Positions 60,822-64,000 of a stretch of DNA of 64,000 bases are shown one piece after another (positions within the stretch are counted from its first letter, which is position 1; each line of letters begins with the position of its first letter). A program made the translations under genes and the position numbers. The notes beneath the pieces were generated by a model. That model did no database searches and was not told the origin of the DNA. It saw nothing but the letters and a program-made list of their open reading frames with translations. The DNA is from Pelagomonas calceolata (taxonomy: Eukaryota): NCBI GenBank assembly GCA_918797485.1, contig CAKKNE010000003.1, positions 4,960,001 to 5,024,000 on the forward strand, given 5' to 3'.

Positions 60822-62549
60822 TTACGGCATCGCGGCATCGATGCACTCGAACGGCTCGAGAAGATCGCGAAGGGCCTCGTCGGAGGCGGCGTTGACGGTG
60901 GCCAGAACGAGCAGGCGGTGGTCGCCGCACGCGTCGTCGTCGCGGAGGAGCGCCCGGAGGCACGGATAGAGGTCGGGGTGCAGGAGCTCGAGGTCGTGGA
61001 GGACCACGGCGGCCGAGGGCGAACCTGAATAGAAATCAAAAGTTCACGCCATCGACGCGACGCCATCCCGCGACCGCGTCTGCGCGCCGGCGTGGAGGTT
61101 GACGAGGATCTCTCGCAATAACTCTCGGGTGACCTGACTCACTGGTTGATTTCCACGCAGGGGCGAACGCCGCGCGTCGTCGAATAGCTCGACGAGGCTC
61201 CGGCGCGCCGCGTCGACGTCCCGGCCCGCCAGGTGGGCGGCCGCAACGGTGCGCTGGAAGGCCAGCGCCGGGGTGTCCTCGAGGACCGCGGCGGCGGTTG
61301 CCCTCTTCCTCGCGCCGCGCGGACCCACGAGCGCGACGGCGGCGCGCCGCTCGTCCGAAGTCGAGGCGGTTGCGACGACACGAGCGGCCCTTTCCCGGCA
61401 CGCCGCTAGCGACGCGGCGGGAAGGTCCCCCGCGGGCGGCCCGGCCCGGCGCGCGCGCCCGAAGACCGGCACGACCTCGTCGGCGCCGCGCAAGAGGTCG
61501 TCCGCGGTGACGACCACGGCGTCCGGATCGTCGGCCGCGACGGCGCGCTGAAGCGCGTACGACGTGGCGTTGCGAACGGCGGCCTCCAGCTCGGACCCGC
61601 TAAAGTTCTGCGTTTTCTCGTCGGCGACGCGACCGAGGACGTCGGCGAGCCGCTCGCCGTCGAGCGCGAGCGCGGGCCCGAGCTTTGCCGCGTGCAGCGC
61701 CAGGATCTCGCGGCGCCCGCTGGCGTCGGGCAGCGCGACCTCGCAATGTACTTCGAGGCGACCGGGACGCAGCGCCGCCGGATCGATCAGATCCATACCT
61801 GCGCATCCGACTATTGCGCCGTGGTTGATACATGGACCCATCAATTTCCGCGCGGGCAACTCGCGATTGGTGGTGCCGATGACTAGGAGATTGCTCTGGT
61901 CGTCCAGCCCGTCGAGCTTGGCCAGGATCTGGTTGACGACGCCGTCGCGCGCCGCGCCGCCGAAGCTGCCGTCCCCGGTGGCCCCGCCGCCGCGCTTCCG
62001 GAGTATGCTGTCGCACTCGTCCAGGACGACGACGTGGAGCGACGACTGCGAGCCCATCCGCGCCCACTCGTCGTCCGCCGGCTTGAAGAGCCCCCGGACC
62101 GCCTGCTCCGACGCGCCCAGGAGGTGCGAGAACACCTCGGGTCCCCGCACGAGAATCGGCTTGCGATCGCTGAGGAGCTTGGCGATGCCGCGGGCGATCA
62201 GCGTCTTGCCCGTCCCCGGCGGGCCGTGCCTGCGCGCAATCGAAAAATTCGCTGCTCGACGACGAACGCGCCGTAAATCTGTTTTGCGCCCCGCAACGCG
62301 CAGGAGCAGGCCGCGCGCGTGGCGCAGCCCGCAACGCTCGCGCGTCTCGCGCGACACGAGCCGCGACGTGAGGACGCGTCGCATGACGGCTTCCAGCTCG
62401 CGCCCGAACCCGCCGACGCCGAGCGCCGCGCCCAAATCACCACTCGCGTCGAGGATGGCCCGGCGCTGCTTCTCGGCGACGCTCCGGCTGCTCGAGAGCG
62501 CCGCGCGACCGAACCGCGCAGCAGCCGCGCGAGCGGCTGGTGGCATCAT
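60822..62549 (-). CDS. NSF/Sec18-like AAA ATPase lacking the N domain; introns 62230-62301, 61799-61864 and 61025-61168
   Basis: LGVGG, RRVLTSR, LLL-HGPPGTGKTLIAR, GASEQAVRGLF, LHVVVLDECDSI and TNR-MDLIDPAALRPGRLEV. The D2 domain is degenerate. Confidence 0.85.
61025..61160. mobile_element. Introner element in the NSF-like gene
   Basis: Perfect TSD GGGCGAAC at 61017-61024 and 61161-61168. TIRs CTGAATAGAAATCAA / TTGATTTCCACGCAG. Confidence 0.9.
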
Positions 62550-63066
62550 TCCGTGTGCAGTGTTTGGCACTCTTGGGTGCACAAGACTTGCGTCGTCAAG
62601 GAGATTAGCAGTCCTTTTTGCCTTATCTGGACAACTGACTCGAGCTCCTGACTCGGACCTGAGTGTACCATGGTACCGTAGGTACCGTAGGTACCGTAGG
62701 TACTACTACTGCGGTACTGCGGTACTTGCTGGTACTGCGGTACCTACGGTACTAGTCTGGTACTGTACAAAGAGCTCGTACCGTGGTACCTTAGTTCCCC
62801 TTGACTAAAAGAGGTTTCTCATGGGATACCCGCAGCAGCTCGTGAATACGTGAGGTTTGTGGCTAGTCAGCGCAGTTATCAGACAGACTCCCACGTATGT
62901 GGGACGGAACCCGCCGCGGTTTCAAGTTCAGATCACGGCGCTTTGGCTCGTAGCAAGCCATGTTGCCGGCTCGCCGGTAGTCGATAAAACACACACCTCA
63001 TCCCAGTGCAACTCTAGAGGCTCCTCCGGCCGGCAGGCAGCCGCGCCCCCCATCATCCTCGTCCAC

Positions 63067-63462
63067 TCAGTTCGCCCGTGCGTTCATGAGGCTGGAAAAG
63101 CGCCGTCGCTGGTACCCCGCCCACTCGACGAAGTCGACTCGGGTTGCGACGACGCGCTCCCGCCAGACGTCCGACTCCGCGGCCTGCGGACGTCTCGTCT
63201 CGGAGTCGCTTACCCCGCGTGCGGTAGCGTGGTCGCAGAAAGCGTCGGCAAAGTGATCGAGATCGAGGATGCGTGCGACGCCGCGCTGCGTCTTCCGACG
63301 CGGCGCAGCCTTCTTGGGAGCGGACCGAGCATGCTTGCGCGCCCTGGCGCTCTCGAGGCTCAGGCGACGCTTCTCCTCCGAGAGAAACGCACTTTTGTGA
63401 GCCGCGATTCGTTCCGTTCGCACGCTCGCGTCCGCGTACAGCCTCTCCGAAACGTGTGACAT
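63067..63462 (-). CDS. Hypothetical protein
   Basis: ATG-initiated ORF in a GC-rich island with a SERLYADA motif. No family recognised. Confidence 0.3.
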   Translation of the reverse strand: MSHVSERLYADASVRTERIAAHKSAFLSEEKRRLSLESARARKHARSAPKKAAPRRKTQRGVARILDLDHFADAFCDHATARGVSDSETRRPQAAESDVWRERVVATRVDFVEWAGYQRRRFSSLMNARAN

Positions 63463-63737
63463 TGTTGTTTTTAAAGGGGCACAGCGAGGGCTATCTTGTG
63501 GCGCTCTGCTTGGTGTGGTCGGAGGAGGATGCTTAAATACAAGGTAAACCTGCCGCGAGACTCGAGACAGCCTGCTATACCATTGTACCTCGGTACCGTG
63601 GTACCTAAGCCTGGTATCCTGTCGTGTACTGTAGGCACAATGGCTACAGGTCCTGCGTCAAAAGCAGCCGGGTACGAGCTTGACATGCATCCAGTAGAGA
63701 CTAAAAAATAATAACGCGAGGCGCTGCGTGGCTTAAG

Positions 63738-64000
63738 ATGAGGCGAAGAAGACGTGCGCTCACGACGACAGCTTTCTTGCCGTTGCTAGCGGCGCCCCTC
63801 GCTCGGGAGGAGGCGCTGCCTCCCTCGCGCCACCAGCACCTATGCGTTCCGTGGACGGCGTCGCTGCGCGAAGCGTTGACGCGGTCGAACGCGTTTCTTC
63901 CCGACCCCGCGGCATTTGTGTCGCACCCGCCGGTGGACGCGGCCGCCGAGCGCCTCCGGCGGCAGCTGCGGCGGCTCGGCGAGAGCTGTCGCGCGCCGTT
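63738..64000 (+). CDS. 5' end of a hypothetical gene running off the window
   Basis: ATG at 63738 with the frame open to the window end and coding-like GC content. Confidence 0.35.
   Translation, partial: MRRRRRALTTTAFLPLLAAPLAREEALPPSRHQHLCVPWTASLREALTRSNAFLPDPAAFVSHPPVDAAAERLRRQLRRLGESCRAP

Noticed and set aside
1..64000. tRNA, rRNA or snRNA genes
   Set aside because: None recognised by eye. tRNAscan-SE or Infernal would be needed to exclude them.

Overview
This is eukaryotic nuclear DNA, not a prokaryotic locus. Very GC-rich, compact genes alternate with AT-richer intergenic stretches that carry transposon relics. Gene content and intron architecture fit a pelagophyte alga (Aureococcus/Pelagomonas-like), which is an inference. 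About 27 protein-coding genes can be supported. Well-supported calls include CYP51, proteasome alpha-5, ARMC6, a SENP/Ulp protease, PCF11, WEE1, a RAD21/REC8 kleisin, plastid-type ClpB, an NSF-like AAA ATPase, BolA, a Cmc1-like protein and a complex I NUXM/MNLL subunit. The notable observations are: (1) one spliced gene fuses a PLP-dependent cysteine-desulfurase-like domain to a TtcA-type tRNA thiolase; (2) a family of introner DNA transposons forms introns, with 8-bp target-site duplications and CAG-ending TIRs, in both orientations, including a likely GA-AG intron; (3) 16 of my 26 hand-modelled introns use GC donors and all 26 are followed by an exonic G, consistent with an ageing series of introners; (4) repeat copies differ almost only by transitions, many of them CpA/TpA; (5) two multi-domain glycosyltransferase genes share a 93-bp upstream element. 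All gene models and domain calls were made by eye from motifs, without database searches or RNA data.
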